64,000 nt of DNA from Eledone cirrhosa (lineage: Eukaryota): positions 32,736,001 through 32,800,000 of the forward strand of contig OZ024747.1 in NCBI GenBank assembly GCA_964016885.1. Direction: 5' to 3'. Under the pieces are notes generated by a model that was not told the origin of the DNA, ran no database searches, and worked only from the letters and a program-made list of their open reading frames with translations. The position numbers were made by a program, and so were the translations under genes. Within the stretch, counting starts at the first letter, position 1. Each line of letters starts with the position of its first letter. Of this stretch, positions 26,170-38,609 are shown one piece after another.

Positions 26170-29100
26170 TACACACCCCTCTACAAAATCCTAGTTCAGT
26201 GCCTCAAAAGTGGAGCACCGGTCACCCTGGCTCTCTAATAGCTATGGTAGCGGGACTCAATGTCCTGGCAGATTTTACCATGCCTCACAGGTATCAGACT
26301 ATTGGTCCTAGAGATGATTCATCATATTCTATAGTCAAAATCTAGCTAAACTGAAGAGGTACCAGCCTGCCCGCCCAGCCAGTGGGATGGCGTCATCTTA
26401 TGAAGAAAAGGGCCTCAGTACCCTGCGCGTCAATCGGGCCACTCCACGACGGCGGAATGCAACCCGAGCGACGAGAGGCTGTTAAGAATCACAGGTTCCC
26501 GAAGTCCGCCAAGGAACAGGACTAACCTTGCCATATGCACCAACAACTGCAGGTCTTTGGCAGGGGGCAATGGCTGAACCACCTAATGGAGAAGAAGAAG
26601 ATCAGGTGCGACCTGTTAGGGCTGTGCGAGACCCGCCAGAAGAAGGAGGCGAATTCACGATGGCAAGATTGATGCGCCTTGAGACTCGGGAAAGCAGAGG
26701 GTGCCAGATCGATCGGAGGTATACAGTTCATCGTAAGCAAGGAATGGACTTCGAAGGTCGCTTCTTGCCAGTTCATATCGTCACGGATTGGTGTACTGAA
26801 CGTGAACTATCTCAGGGAAAGCCACGCTCAAGATCGTCCAGACAGACCTACGCTTCCACAAGTGCCTGCGACAACGATGAGGCGGAAGAATTCTATCGCC
26901 AGCTAGACAAAGTGCTAGTTGTGAAGTCCACGTACACTGTCGTGATGGGAGACTTCAACGCAAAGGTCGGACAGGGACAACAAGGGAAGAGTATGCCGGA
27001 AGATTCGGCCTAGGGGAGCGAAATAAGAGAGCAGAGCGTCTGATCACCATGGCGGGGGCGAGACGGCTCTACATCGGAGGCAGCCTATTCAGGAAGAGGA
27101 GGGAGAATAGATGGACCTGGGTATCGCCAAATTCTGAGCACCGAAACGAGATTAACTACATCTTGGTCGACAAGCGACGCATACTGCAGGACGTCTCCGT
27201 CATAACGCCATTCAACACTAGGAGTGATCATCGTCTGGTGAGGGCGAGGATCGTCATCGACCGGACGAGGGAGAAGAAGGCGTTGCATTTGGCGTCGAAG
27301 GGAGAACGCGTCCGGGTCTTCAACGAGGCGCAGCTGCGGGAGGCCATTATGCAGGAAAAGTGGCGTCAAGGAGACGGCATAGACGCTGACTACGACTCAC
27401 TGATAGGGAAACTGAGGGAGTGCTTGGGAAGGGATGAGGGTGTGTGCCCGAGGGAACGGAGGGGCAGAGTCTCGGAGGAAACTATGAAGTTGCTTGAGAA
27501 GGAGAAGAATATGAAGAGGACACCTGAAGATCACCTCGAGTGTTCCCTTCTCAGCAGAGTGATACGTCAACAACTGAAGAGAGACTTCGAGGCATACCGG
27601 GTGGAGAATCTCCTAAAGGCCGCAAAGGAAAAGAAGAGCCTCAAGAAATGCGAGAGGGACATGACAATGTACAGATCGGAGGTGACGACCCTGAAAAACA
27701 CAGCTGGAATACCGGTCAGCGACAAGAGTGAGGTGGAAAAGGTTTGCGAAGACTTCTACACTAAGCTCTTCAAGTCTGCCGGGAATGTGCAGTCGTTGCC
27801 GTCACTCCAACAAGAAGAAAATGTGCCACACATCCTTGTCGGTGAGGTCGAGAGAGCTGTCGGCTTGATGAAAAGCGGAAAGGCGCCAGGGAAAGACAGC
27901 ATAACATCGGGGGTGTTGGAGTCAGGTGGAGAGCAGCTCTGGAAAATCCTCGCCGAGCGATTCACACACTATCTGGTCGAGGGAAGAATACCCTCGCAGT
28001 AGAAAGAGTCGAATACTATCCTGCTATACAAGAAGGGCGATAGAGAAGATCTGAGGAACTACCGACCCATATGCCTGCTGTTCACGAAGATAATCCTGAA
28101 CAGGTTATCACGTCATCTGGACGAACAGCAATCGAGAGAGCAAGCCGGCTTCCGGAAAAACTATAGCACGATGGACCACATATTTACTCTGACACAACTG
28201 CTTGAGCGAGCAAAAGAGTACAAGATGCCTCTTTGTGTCGCGTTCGTAGACTACGAGAAGGCCTTCGACAGCGTCGAAATCAACGCAGTGCTGAACTCGC
28301 TGCAGAGGCATCTGAACTTGCTGCGCATATATTCCGTGATGACGTCCCTCACGCTGGACTTCTGTCTGACGACTTCGCTCCTGGTGTGCTCTCTCAACGA
28401 GATTCCTAGCATTGATCTCTCCATGGCTCTTTGAGCCGTTACCAGCCTCTGCTCTTCTCTCTTCGTTGTAGCCCAAGTTTCACTGTCATATAACATTGCA
28501 GGTAAAACTGTGCTATTGAAGAGGTTGGCGCGGGTGTTCTTGTCCAACCTCCCCTTGAGCACATCCCTTATGCCGTTGAACGCCTTCCACCCGGCCCTTA
28601 CTCTCCGCGAGATTCTCCCTCTCAATGTCTCGGCGCATGTTCACTTCTTGTCCCAGGTAGACATATTCCTCCACCTCCTCTAGTTCATCACCGCCAACCA
28701 CCATTCGACCTGTTGGTACGTTGTCGGACCACATGAACTTCGTTTTCATGCGGTTCATCTTGAGGCTTACTGCAGAGCCTTTGATGTCGAGCTCTGTCAG
28801 CATGGTCTGAAACTGATCCGTGGTTTCAGCGATGAGTACGATGTCATCAGCGAAACGGAGGTGAGTAAGTATCTCGCCGTTGATGTTGACACCGCCTTGC
28901 CAGTCAATGCCTCTGATGATCTGCTCGAGACACGCGGTGAAAAGTTTTGGAGAGATCGTATCTCGCTGCTTCACTCCCTTCTCGGCGCAATACGTTCAAC
29001 TGCTCAGGCAGGCGGGTTCCGGATGCTCTATCGACATAGCTCTGCTGTCATCACCTGTACGAGTGCCGGTCGAGAAGGGAGGGAAGCAACGAGATACGAT

Positions 29101-29961
29101 CTCTCCAAAACTTTTCACCGCGTGTCTCGAGCAGATCATCAGAGGCATTGACTGGCAAGGCGGTGTCAACATCAACGGCGAGATACTTACCCACCTACGT
29201 TTCGCTGATGATATCGTACTCATCGCTGAAACCACGGATCAGTTTCAGACCATGCTGACGAAGCTCGACATCAAAAGCTCTGCAGTAAGCCTCAAGATGA
29301 ACCGCATGAAAACGAAGTTCATGTGGTCCGACAACGTACCAACAGGTCGAATGGTGGTTGGCGGTGATGAACTAGAGGAGGTGGAGGAATACGTCTACCT
29401 GAGACAAGAAGTGAACATGCGCCGAGACATTGAGAGGATGGAAGGCGTTCAACGGCATAAGGGATGTGCTCAAGGGGAGGTTGGACAAGAACACCCGCGC
29501 CAACCTCTTCAATAGCACAGTTTTACCTGCAATGTTATATGACAGTGAAACATGGGCTACAACGAAGAGAGAAGAGCAGAGGCTGGTAACGGCCCAAAGA
29601 GCCATGGAGAGATCAATGCTAGGAATCTCGTTGAGAGAGCACACCAGGAGCGAAGTCGTCAGACAGAAGTCCAGCGTGAGGGACGTCATCACGGAATATA
29701 TGCGCAGCAAGTTCAGATGTGCTAGACACGTCGCTCGGTTCACCGATAATCGGTGGACCCGCGCAGTTGCCGAGTGGTACCCGCGCGAGCGGAAACGACT
29801 ACTCGGAAGGCCTCCACGAGGGTGGAGTTACGATTTTAAGAATACGATTGGGACTACATGGATGAGGAAAGCACGATCCAGAGAGGAATGGACGGCGTGC
29901 TGTGACCAGCGGCGCTGAATGGACGTCCGACAGACTGGTCGGTCAAGGTGATCAAGGTGAT
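26170..29961 (+). mobile_element. RTE-clade LINE, near full length and frameshifted, with an internal inverted duplication (about 28307-28978)
   Basis: APE motifs VMGDFNAK, EINYILV and SDHRLV; RT motifs QAGFR, FVDYEKAFDS and LRFADD; C-terminal RPP..W; tail caaggtgat x2. Confidence 0.92.
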
Positions 29962-30385
29962 ATACACACCTACCCCCACACACACACATATATATATATA
30001 TACGTACACAGATATATACATATATACACAGTTATATACATATATATACATATATATAAAAATATATATACATATATTAAGTGTAAGGAATTCTTTTACA
30101 ATGGAATTAGCTCGAAAGGAAATATTCCTGAGCCGTGTATAAAAGTAATATATATGAGTAATATATATGATGAAACAGATACCAACATATCTGTATTTAT
30201 ATTGCAAAAGAAAGTTAGCCAGACTGAAGAATATTAATTATTTTACCACAGTTCGTCCACATCGATTTAAAATAATAATAATAATAAATCGACAAAAACT
30301 AGCTGTGCCGCCAAATGGCTATGATGTTTATACATATTTAAATTTCAAAGTCAAACCTGTTCAGTAGATAAGTTTAAACCTCAAA

Positions 30386-30456
30386 ATCCAAACATGTTTC
30401 GAGATGGATACGTGTATAAGTGTAGGAATATCTTGCCACTGCTCTCCTCAGTAAAC
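30386..30456 (-). ncRNA. Hammerhead motif (30 kb/41 kb family)
   Basis: Reverse complement of 30978-31048. Confidence 0.6.
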
Positions 30457-30977
30457 ATCCAGAGACAATTGATAAGCTTCACTTCTAAATAATTTAAAAG
30501 ACTGTGTGACGCACATGGGTTCACAGATTCAGGCTAGTCTCATAACCGGGCTGCTAGAAATAACAGTCGTATATATGAGGCGAATTTTAGCTCGACGAAG
30601 AGCCGTTATATTAAGTGTAAGGAATTCTTTTACAATGGAATTAGCTCGAAAGGAAATATTCCTGAGCCGTGTATAAAAGTAATATATATGAGTAATATAT
30701 ATGATGAAACAGATACCAACATATCTGTATTTATATTGCAAAAGAAAGTTAGCCAGACTGAAGAATATTAATTATTTTACCACAGTTCGTCCACATCGAT
30801 TTAAAATAATAATAATAATAAATCGACAAAAACTAGCTGTGCCGCCAAATGGCTATGATGTTTATTCATATTTAAATTTCAAAGTCAAACCTGTTCAGTA
30901 GATAAGTTTAAACCTCAAAATCCAAACATGTTTCTTTTAAATTATTTAGAAGTGAAGCTTATCAATTGTCTCTGGAT

Positions 30978-31048
30978 GTTTACTGAGGAGAGCAGTGGCA
31001 AGATATTCCTACACTTATACACGTATCCATCTCGAAACATGTTTGGAT
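30978..31048 (+). ncRNA. Hammerhead motif (30 kb/41 kb family)
   Basis: gttta-CTGAGGA-gag...ctc-GAAA-catg-tt-tggat. Stem I relies on G-U wobbles. Confidence 0.6.
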
Positions 31049-31313
31049 TTTAAGGTTTAAACTTATCTACTGAACAGGTTTGACTTTGAAATTTAAATAT
31101 GTATAAACATCATAGCCATTTGGCGGCACAGCTAGTTTTTGTCGATTTATTATTATTATTATTTTAAATCGATGTGGACGAACTGTGGTAAAATAATTAA
31201 TATTCTTCAGTCTGGCTAACTTTCTTTTGCAATATAAATACAGATATGTTGGTATCTGTTTCATCATATATATTACTCATATATATTACTTTTATATACA
31301 TATATATATATAT

Positions 31314-32532
31314 GAGAAAGTGACTTCCTTGTTCGATCATCTTACCAAAAGCTTAACATTATTTGTCTAAGGAGGCCGATAAAATAAAGTACCAGTAATG
31401 TACTGGGTAATTGCTGGCCTTGTGCCAAAAGTAGAAACAATTATTTGTCTAAGCAGACAGTACTTGATTTAGGAGTTGCAGAAACCCAAATGCTGGATTT
31501 TACCAACATTCCAGGGGTCGGGGTATAATTTTCAATCATATTTTATTTGTTTGACCCGAATTACTTGGTCGTTTCTATTGCTGTGCGGATAATGGTTTAA
31601 CCATCGTCTCAGTGTGTTTGGCCTTTTAACTTATGTTGAAGCTCTAGTTCACTAGCTTCTATGGAGCGCTTGCCACACATCTCGGAAGTTGTTTTTCGCT
31701 AATTTCCAATAGCCGAAATACGATTATCACTCATTTATATTTGTATTAATCTCCAGAGTCTAGCTATTGACCAGTTAATTTTCTTGATTTTTTTTTAGTT
31801 AATTCTATTGACTGATGAATAGCTTTTGTTAATTTTAAAACCATTCTGTTGAGAACTTAATTCGTTTTGTTATATTTTGCAATTTTGCAATAATAACACA
31901 CATACTGAATTCATCCGCCAAAACTAAGGGTTGCCCCCTTATCGAGCCCCACGTGGGTTTTGATAACGGTCAGTCCTTCGCTTGGCACTTGAACTAAAAG
32001 CCTGTTGAGAAAGTGACTTCCTTGTTCGATCATCTTACCAAAGGCTTAACGAATTGGCATTATCGGTAGAGGGTCGGACGCCATGCTTTGGCATATAGAG
32101 TTACGGCCCTTGCCATTCTGAGTTCAAATCCAGCCGGGGTTAACTTGGCCTTTCATCCTTACGGGGTCGATAAAATAAAGTACCAGTAATCTACTGGGTA
32201 ATTGCTGGCCTTGTGCCAAAAGTAGAAACAATTATTTGTCTAAGCAGACAGAACTTGATTTAGGAGTTGCAGAAACCCAAATGCTGGATTTTACCAACTT
32301 TCCAGGAGTTCGGGTATAATTTTCAATCATATTTTATTTGTTTGACCCGAATTACTTTGTCGTTTCTATGGCTGTGTGGATAATGGTTTAACCATCGTCT
32401 CAGTGTGTTTGGCCTTTTAACTTATGTTGAAGCTCTAGTTCACTAGCTTCTATGGAGCGCTTGTCACACATCTCGGAAGTTGTTTTTCTCTAATTTCCAA
32501 TAGCCGAAATACGATTCTCGCTAATTTATATT

Positions 32533-32537
<5 letters not shown>
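31314..32537 (+). repeat. Partial tandem duplication (693-nt offset) containing a SINE, in (TA)n
   Basis: gagaaagtgacttcc occurs at 31314 and 32007. The SINE is full at 32053-32235 and only its 3' part is present at 31370-31445. Confidence 0.8.
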
Positions 32538-32572
<35 letters not shown>

Positions 32573-32681
32573 GTCGCATATATGTTATAGAATACTATTA
32601 GCTTCTCGCTAAAACAATCTCTATACCTTTCATTTATATATATATATATATTTTTTTTTCTTATATCAAAGTTTAATGGGC

Positions 32682-32806
32682 TTCCACTGATGATTTATAA
32701 ACGCCCACCTAAATATATTCTTACATGAATGTATATTAGGCTTCTACATAAACTGGAAATATTCTCCGAATTTGTAGAAAACTTATAATGAAACAATTGT
32801 TTGGAA
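32682..32806 (+). ncRNA. Type-I hammerhead with about 96-nt branched stem II
   Basis: ttcca-CTGATGA-tttataa...ttataat-GAAA-caattg-tt-tggaa. Confidence 0.75.
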
Positions 32807-33675
32807 AGAGAGATATATTTTAACTTTAATTATATCTCATAAAATAATACAACTGGCTTTTCCACATAATACATATTGTTAGCACCCCAAACACTTTAAT
32901 TGGGTTTATATTAAAATATAACCTAATGTTTGTTGAGTGAGATGGTTACCAGTCAGAGATTAGCTTTAAACTATCTCTGTTATTGTATTAATATTTTACT
33001 CTTGATTGGCCAGAGGTGTTTATTTCCAGGTACCTTATAAATTTGACTTTCCGTATTTATTACTGTTGTGCGATATTGTGGTTTTTATTGGTTGTAACTT
33101 CTCTGTTTTTTAGCCTAAGAAAAAATATATATGCCTATGTATATAATTACATGCATACATTTATTTTTTTTAATTAATTGAGTTCTTTACACGAGGAATT
33201 GATATTAGTTTTGAAATAACTAATTAACCCGCGTGTGTTTTATATTTTACTCTTAATTCGGCCGGAGATTTACATTCCCATTTGCACTTTAAAGCATAAC
33301 TTTCCGTATTTACTACGGTTACGAGATGCGGTTTCTTATTCAGGTACAACCTCTGATTTAGCCGAAGAAAATATCTATATGCGTGTGTAATTTATACACG
33401 CATATATTTATTTTTTTAATTGAGTTCTTAACACGTTGGATTGATAATGTTTTCGAAAAAACTGTTTAACCCGCGTGTATATTATTTGTTTTCCTCCTTT
33501 CGTGGATCGTGGTTGTCTCCCCTTCTCGCTTAGTGACGCTATAATACTTCCTCAGTCAAAAACTGCTGGAATTTCAAATTTGCCGGTCACTCGATGCGGG
33601 AAGGAGCAACTTAACAGACACGATTTTTAACTACGGTAAGAACATTTTTTTTTCTTATATCAAAGTTTAATGGGC

Positions 33676-33800
33676 TTCCACTGATGATTTATAAACGCCC
33701 ACCTAAATATATTCTTACATGAATGTATATTAGGCTTCTACATAAACTGGAAATATTCTCCGAATTTGTAGAAAACTTATAATGAAACAATTGTTTGGAA
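33676..33800 (+). ncRNA. Type-I hammerhead with about 96-nt branched stem II (second copy)
   Basis: Same sequence as 32682-32806. Confidence 0.75.
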
Positions 33801-34194
33801 AGAGAGATATATTTTAACTTTAATTATATCTCATAAAATAATACAACTGGCTTTTCCACATAATACATATTGTTAGCACCCCAAACACTTAAATTGGGTT
33901 TATATCAAAATATAACCTAATGTTTGTTGAGTGAGATGGTTACCAGTCAGAGATTAGCTTTAAACTATCTCTGTTATTGTATTAATTATATATATATATA
34001 TATAAAGAAAAAAAGGTGAAATTGAAAATGCAACTGGACTCTTATTTTAAAAAAAATATATATATTTATTTGGTTTCTTTACCGGTTTCGCAGTTCTTCT
34101 GCTTTCCAAAAGTAGAGTTGAGATGGAGGGTCTGTGGTTTTTCTCACATCTGGTTGGTCTTTGAATGTTACTTGTTTTATATGTAAAAAAAGTG

Positions 34195-34795
34195 GCTCGA
34201 AACGCTCTAATTGTGGAACCTGCACTCACCTCATTGAAGGCAACACGTATACATTTAAATCAGGACAAAATTTTGCTGTAAAAAATCACTTCACTTGCTC
34301 ATCAAAAAATCTAATTTATGTCATTAAATGTAAAGGATGCAATGAAGATTATATAGGACAAACTAAACTCACACTCAGAAACAGAATGACAGTTCATCGC
34401 CAACAATTACGAGATCCAACCACGAGACAGATACCATTAAGCGCATATCTAGACATATGCGCAAGTAATAAGACACCCAAATTCCAAGTCTTGCCATTTT
34501 ACCTTTGCGCTGACAATACAACAGAACAAATACGAATAAATAAGGAAAATATGTTTATTCAAAAATATAGACCAGCATTAAATATGGTTTAATATATATT
34601 ATGTCAACACCATAACATGCTAACCATCCAAACAGACACATACACACACACATAACAACTGCTACTTTCGAAAATAAAAATCCGAACTAAATAAAACTTA
34701 ACATACGTTTGCGCTGACAATACAACAGAACAAATACAAATAAGTAAGGAAAATATGTTCATTCGAAAATATTCCTACTAACGGAATCATTTTCC

Positions 34796-34873
<78 letters not shown>

Positions 34874-36020
34874 ATATATATATATATTCTCTTCCATCTT
34901 AACATGCTACCCATACTCCCACACACACATAACACCCATACACAAACATACCCCCCACACACACAAATCTATCCCCCATTTCTACAAATAGAATCACTTT
35001 CCTACACACATATATACACACACACAAACAATATATATACGCCCCATCTTAACATACTCTCACACACATACACACACATAACACCCATATACACACACAC
35101 ACACACACAACTCCCTCCCCCATTTCTACTAATAGAATCATCTTCCTATACACACACACACAAGCACACAAATAAACATACATATCTTTACTTTCTTTAT
35201 TTCAATAGAAAATCGGAATTCTGACGCCACAGAGAACTAACCATATTCACTGAACCAGAACAATTCTCCCATCCCATTTCTCTTGACCATTATCTTTGCT
35301 TGTCATAAAATTCTCTAAAAAGGCTACAGAATAAATTTCCAAATACAGGCGCGAAATTTAATGAAAACTTGTTCACGTGACAGCCTTAATTTCATTTATA
35401 ACCAATCAAATTACGTTTATTAAAAAAAGTCTTCGTGAGCCCCTTTTTTTTAAGTAAAAAGAAATTCAAACACTCATATATAAAAAAAAACAACCTGAGA
35501 CCCCTCCCCCCCTTGTTTGAAGAACTTTGTAACGCGAATTGGCGCGAAATTTATTATAATTATTGACCAACCAATCAAATTACTTCTCTAAAAACCTGGC
35601 GTTTCGAGCCACTTTTTTCCATATAAAACAAGTAACATTCAAAGACCAATATCTCTAATATTTTTAGAAGTGGAAGGATCACTAATTTCTCAACAACTAC
35701 TAAGGAGCAGAGAAAAGAGTGGACTTCACTTAATCAGATATTGCGGAACATTCTCCAAAACTGTCTAGTTGTTACCAGGCGATTGCCCAATATAGGTCTG
35801 TTATTTTTCTTAATTTAATATTTAAAATTAAGTCTGACAAACCATATTGCTGTAGTTAGTATTTGTTCCCCTAGCAAACTTGGTCCTTACGATTCGAACA
35901 CATGTATGTTTATATTAGTGTTCATCTCTCTTGTTTATTCAATTATATTGTACAACTCGGAAAAGCTTTTTTCTTAGAGCTATTTAATTGTAAGAGACTA
36001 CTCTGAGTTTCTAACTCACT
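34195..36020 (+). mobile_element. Neptune-type PLE 3' remnant: GIY-YIG endonuclease (to 34592) and 3' UTR with a degenerate hammerhead at 35692-35773
   Basis: NCGTC..FTCSSKNLIYVIKCKGC..YIGQT..RMTVH..E..FI....PALN. aacaacta/tagttgtt stem I encloses CTAAGGA...CAAAA. The 3' boundary is approximate. Confidence 0.8.
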
Positions 36021-36301
36021 ATTTATATATATACATATATATATATACACACACACGCACATATATATATATAATAGGGTATAAGTATCGTATAAGAAGC
36101 AGAGAGATACAGAGAGGTGCGATACAGATTACTAAATACCAATAGCCGAAGCGGACTGTGCTCAATGCTTGGGTTAGCAGAGTTGAATATGAGGGAAGAT
36201 TTAATATTTAGTATATTGTTCAAGCCGAGCAGGAATAAGCAAATGAATGAATGAAGGATTTACAAATGAATGAATGAAGGATTTACAAGTTCATTATATA
36301 A

Positions 36302-36340
36302 CTCTTACACATGTTTCGCCCATACGGGCTCGTCAGAGAA
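36302..36340 (-). ncRNA. Minimal type-I hammerhead
   Basis: The minus strand reads ttct-CTGACGA-gccc-gtat-gggc-GAAA-catgtg-ta-agag. Confidence 0.75.
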
Positions 36341-36653
36341 ATAATTGATTATATAATGTCATCAACAAGTATTAATACTGTTGAGAATCATATTCCCAAT
36401 TTAACGTCTCCTTGCATGGTAGGCGAAACAAATCACAACAATGGCGTCGGTGAAAGGGGCATAATCCAATAGAGGGGGTAACTGCATGGTGTTAGGCAGT
36501 AAATTACCCTAAAATATCTTTAGTATTCCCTAGCTGAAGAGATGGTTTAGTAGGGCGAGCGGAACTCGGTGGCTGCAATTAATAACCGTTTCAGCCCGAC
36601 TATTAATGAGTTCATGGAGTGAGTTCACTGTATATATATATATATATATATAT

Positions 36654-36783
36654 ATTGCTTTTGACAACGGCTGATGATATACACGTAGGTAAATATATTC
36701 CTTATTTGATATTTTGTAACTACCGTTACATAGATCGATAACGAAATATGCGAAATATCACCTGGAAACGATCGTAAAGCAGT
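36654..36783 (+). ncRNA. Degenerate long-stem-II hammerhead, homologue of 44251-44398
   Basis: attgctt-TTGACAA-...-GAAA-cgatcg-ta-aagcagt. The core is mutated. Confidence 0.5.
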
Positions 36784-37039
36784 GAAGTATATTCCTAATG
36801 ACTTGAATTTTTATTTCATTGTTTCAACTTATATATATATATATATATATAAAAGCACATTTCAAGGTCAGGTTATTGACTTAATATATGTATCCATCTG
36901 ACCAGACAGCCGAAAAAAACAAAATATATTACGGTATAAAAATATACAAAAATATAAACACACGCACGGACACACGCGCAACCCGTACATAAGGTACTGG
37001 TGTAAAAAAATACATATAATTACATAAAAGCATATAAAT

Positions 37040-37103
<64 letters not shown>

Positions 37104-37249
37104 ATACTTTGGGAGGGTCATGTTGCCAATAAGAAACACACGCACCAGTTGCTTTCACTTCAATTTATTATAATATATTTATAAATTTAGGAATTTATAA
37201 ATTTCCGGTTGGTTGTCTGGTTCCACAACCAGATGATTGTTTATATATT

Positions 37250-37292
37250 GTCAAAGTTCTTTCGTCACACGTTCTGTGACCTCTTCAGTGAC
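37250..37292 (-). ncRNA. Minimal type-I hammerhead (family C, inverted arm)
   Basis: Reverse complement of 38203-38245. Confidence 0.75.
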
Positions 37293-38202
37293 TGGGCATT
37301 CTTTTCTTTGTTTTTGTGCCTCTCCTTTGTTCTGTCCTACGCCATCTTGTTTTTGTGTGTGTGTTGTGTGCTTAGTTTGCGCATGTGTTACATCCGGGTG
37401 TCTGTGTGTTTATATTCGTTTATTTATTTGTTTATTTACATGTTATTGGTTGGTTGTTTGTTCTATGTGCGTGTGTGTTTTCATAATGTTCATCGATACA
37501 ACCCCTAGAAGTGAATTAGCTTACAAATTTAGAAGGGCCCTAGATAAACATAAACTCAATATTAAGATAGTAGAAAGATCAGGTACCTCCATAAAAACAC
37601 TTAATAGCAATACATACCGTTTTCAAGACCTTCCTGTATAGATAAGAAATGTATAATCTGTAAATTAAGCCCCCATATTAACTGTAAAACTAGAAATGTA
37701 GTATATAGCATAAGATGTACTGAAGGACAATGTAGAGATAAGAATATAGTGTACATAGGTGAGACAGCTCGTAGTATAGTGGAACGGATAAATGAACACT
37801 GGCGAGACCTTCAAGATAGTAAAGAATCATATGTACTCTACCAACATGCTAAAATAGAACATAAGGGTAAATTAGAGAACATAGAAATAAAAATCGAATC
37901 TACACACAGAAAAGACGCAATATTTAGACAAATCACAGAGGCAATAAACATAAATGAATTACAAACGAAATTAAATAGAAAACATGAATGAAACAGCAAC
38001 ATCACAACTTACAATTAAGGACAAAATGAAAACACACACGCACATAGAACAAACAATCAACCAGTAACATGTAAATAAACAAATAAATAAATGAATATAA
38101 ACACACACAGACACCCGGATGTAAGACATGCGCAAACTAAGCACACAACACACACACACAAAAACAAGATGGCATAAGACAGAACAAAGGAAAGAATCCC
38201 CA

Positions 38203-38245
38203 GTCACTGAAGAGGTCACAGAATGTGTGACGAAAGAACTTTGAC
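38203..38245 (+). ncRNA. Minimal type-I hammerhead (family C)
   Basis: gtca-CTGAAGA-ggtcac...gtgac-GAAA-gaac-tt-tgac. Confidence 0.78.
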
Positions 38246-38499
38246 AATATATAAACAATCATCTGGTTGTGGAACCAACCAACCAACCGGAAATTTATAA
38301 ATTCCTAAATTTATAAATTTATTATAATAAATTGAAGTGAAAGCAACTGGTGCATGTGTTTCTTATTGGCAACATGACCATCCCAAAGTATAAATATATC
38401 GGTTTCAACACACGTTTTCAGATAAAGAATCTTGCTAAACAAATTCAGAAACGAAATATACATATATATATATACACACACATAGACATACATACATAG

Positions 38500-38609
<110 letters not shown>

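Larger units (their letters stand above)
30073..31298. mobile_element. Non-coding hammerhead element: partial tandem (534-nt period) followed by an inverted arm 30934-31298, in (TA)n
   Basis: The near-identical 66-aa pseudo-ORF at 30167+, 30701+ and 31267- marks the three copies. Confidence 0.85.
32650..33986 (+). mobile_element. Retrozyme-like element: direct terminal repeats of about 340 bp (32650-32991, 33645-33986), each with a hammerhead; 994-nt period; non-coding interior; in (TA)n
   Basis: Near-identical repeats. The interior contains a diverged duplication of about 250 bp and no ORF. Confidence 0.85.
37099..38460 (+). mobile_element. Family C PLE: endonuclease remnant 37485-37991 between inverted tails (37099-37480, 38028-38393)
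   Basis: FIDTTP..KIVERSG..CIIC..YIGETARSIVERINEH..RQITEA..LNRKHE. The arms are reverse complements. Confidence 0.88.

Noticed and set aside
30167-31267. A 66-aa ORF present three times
   Set aside because: It only reflects the repeat copies and is not kept open in the related 41-42 kb units.
31805-31850. CTGATGA at about 31811
   Set aside because: No matching GAAA, stem III or stem I could be closed.
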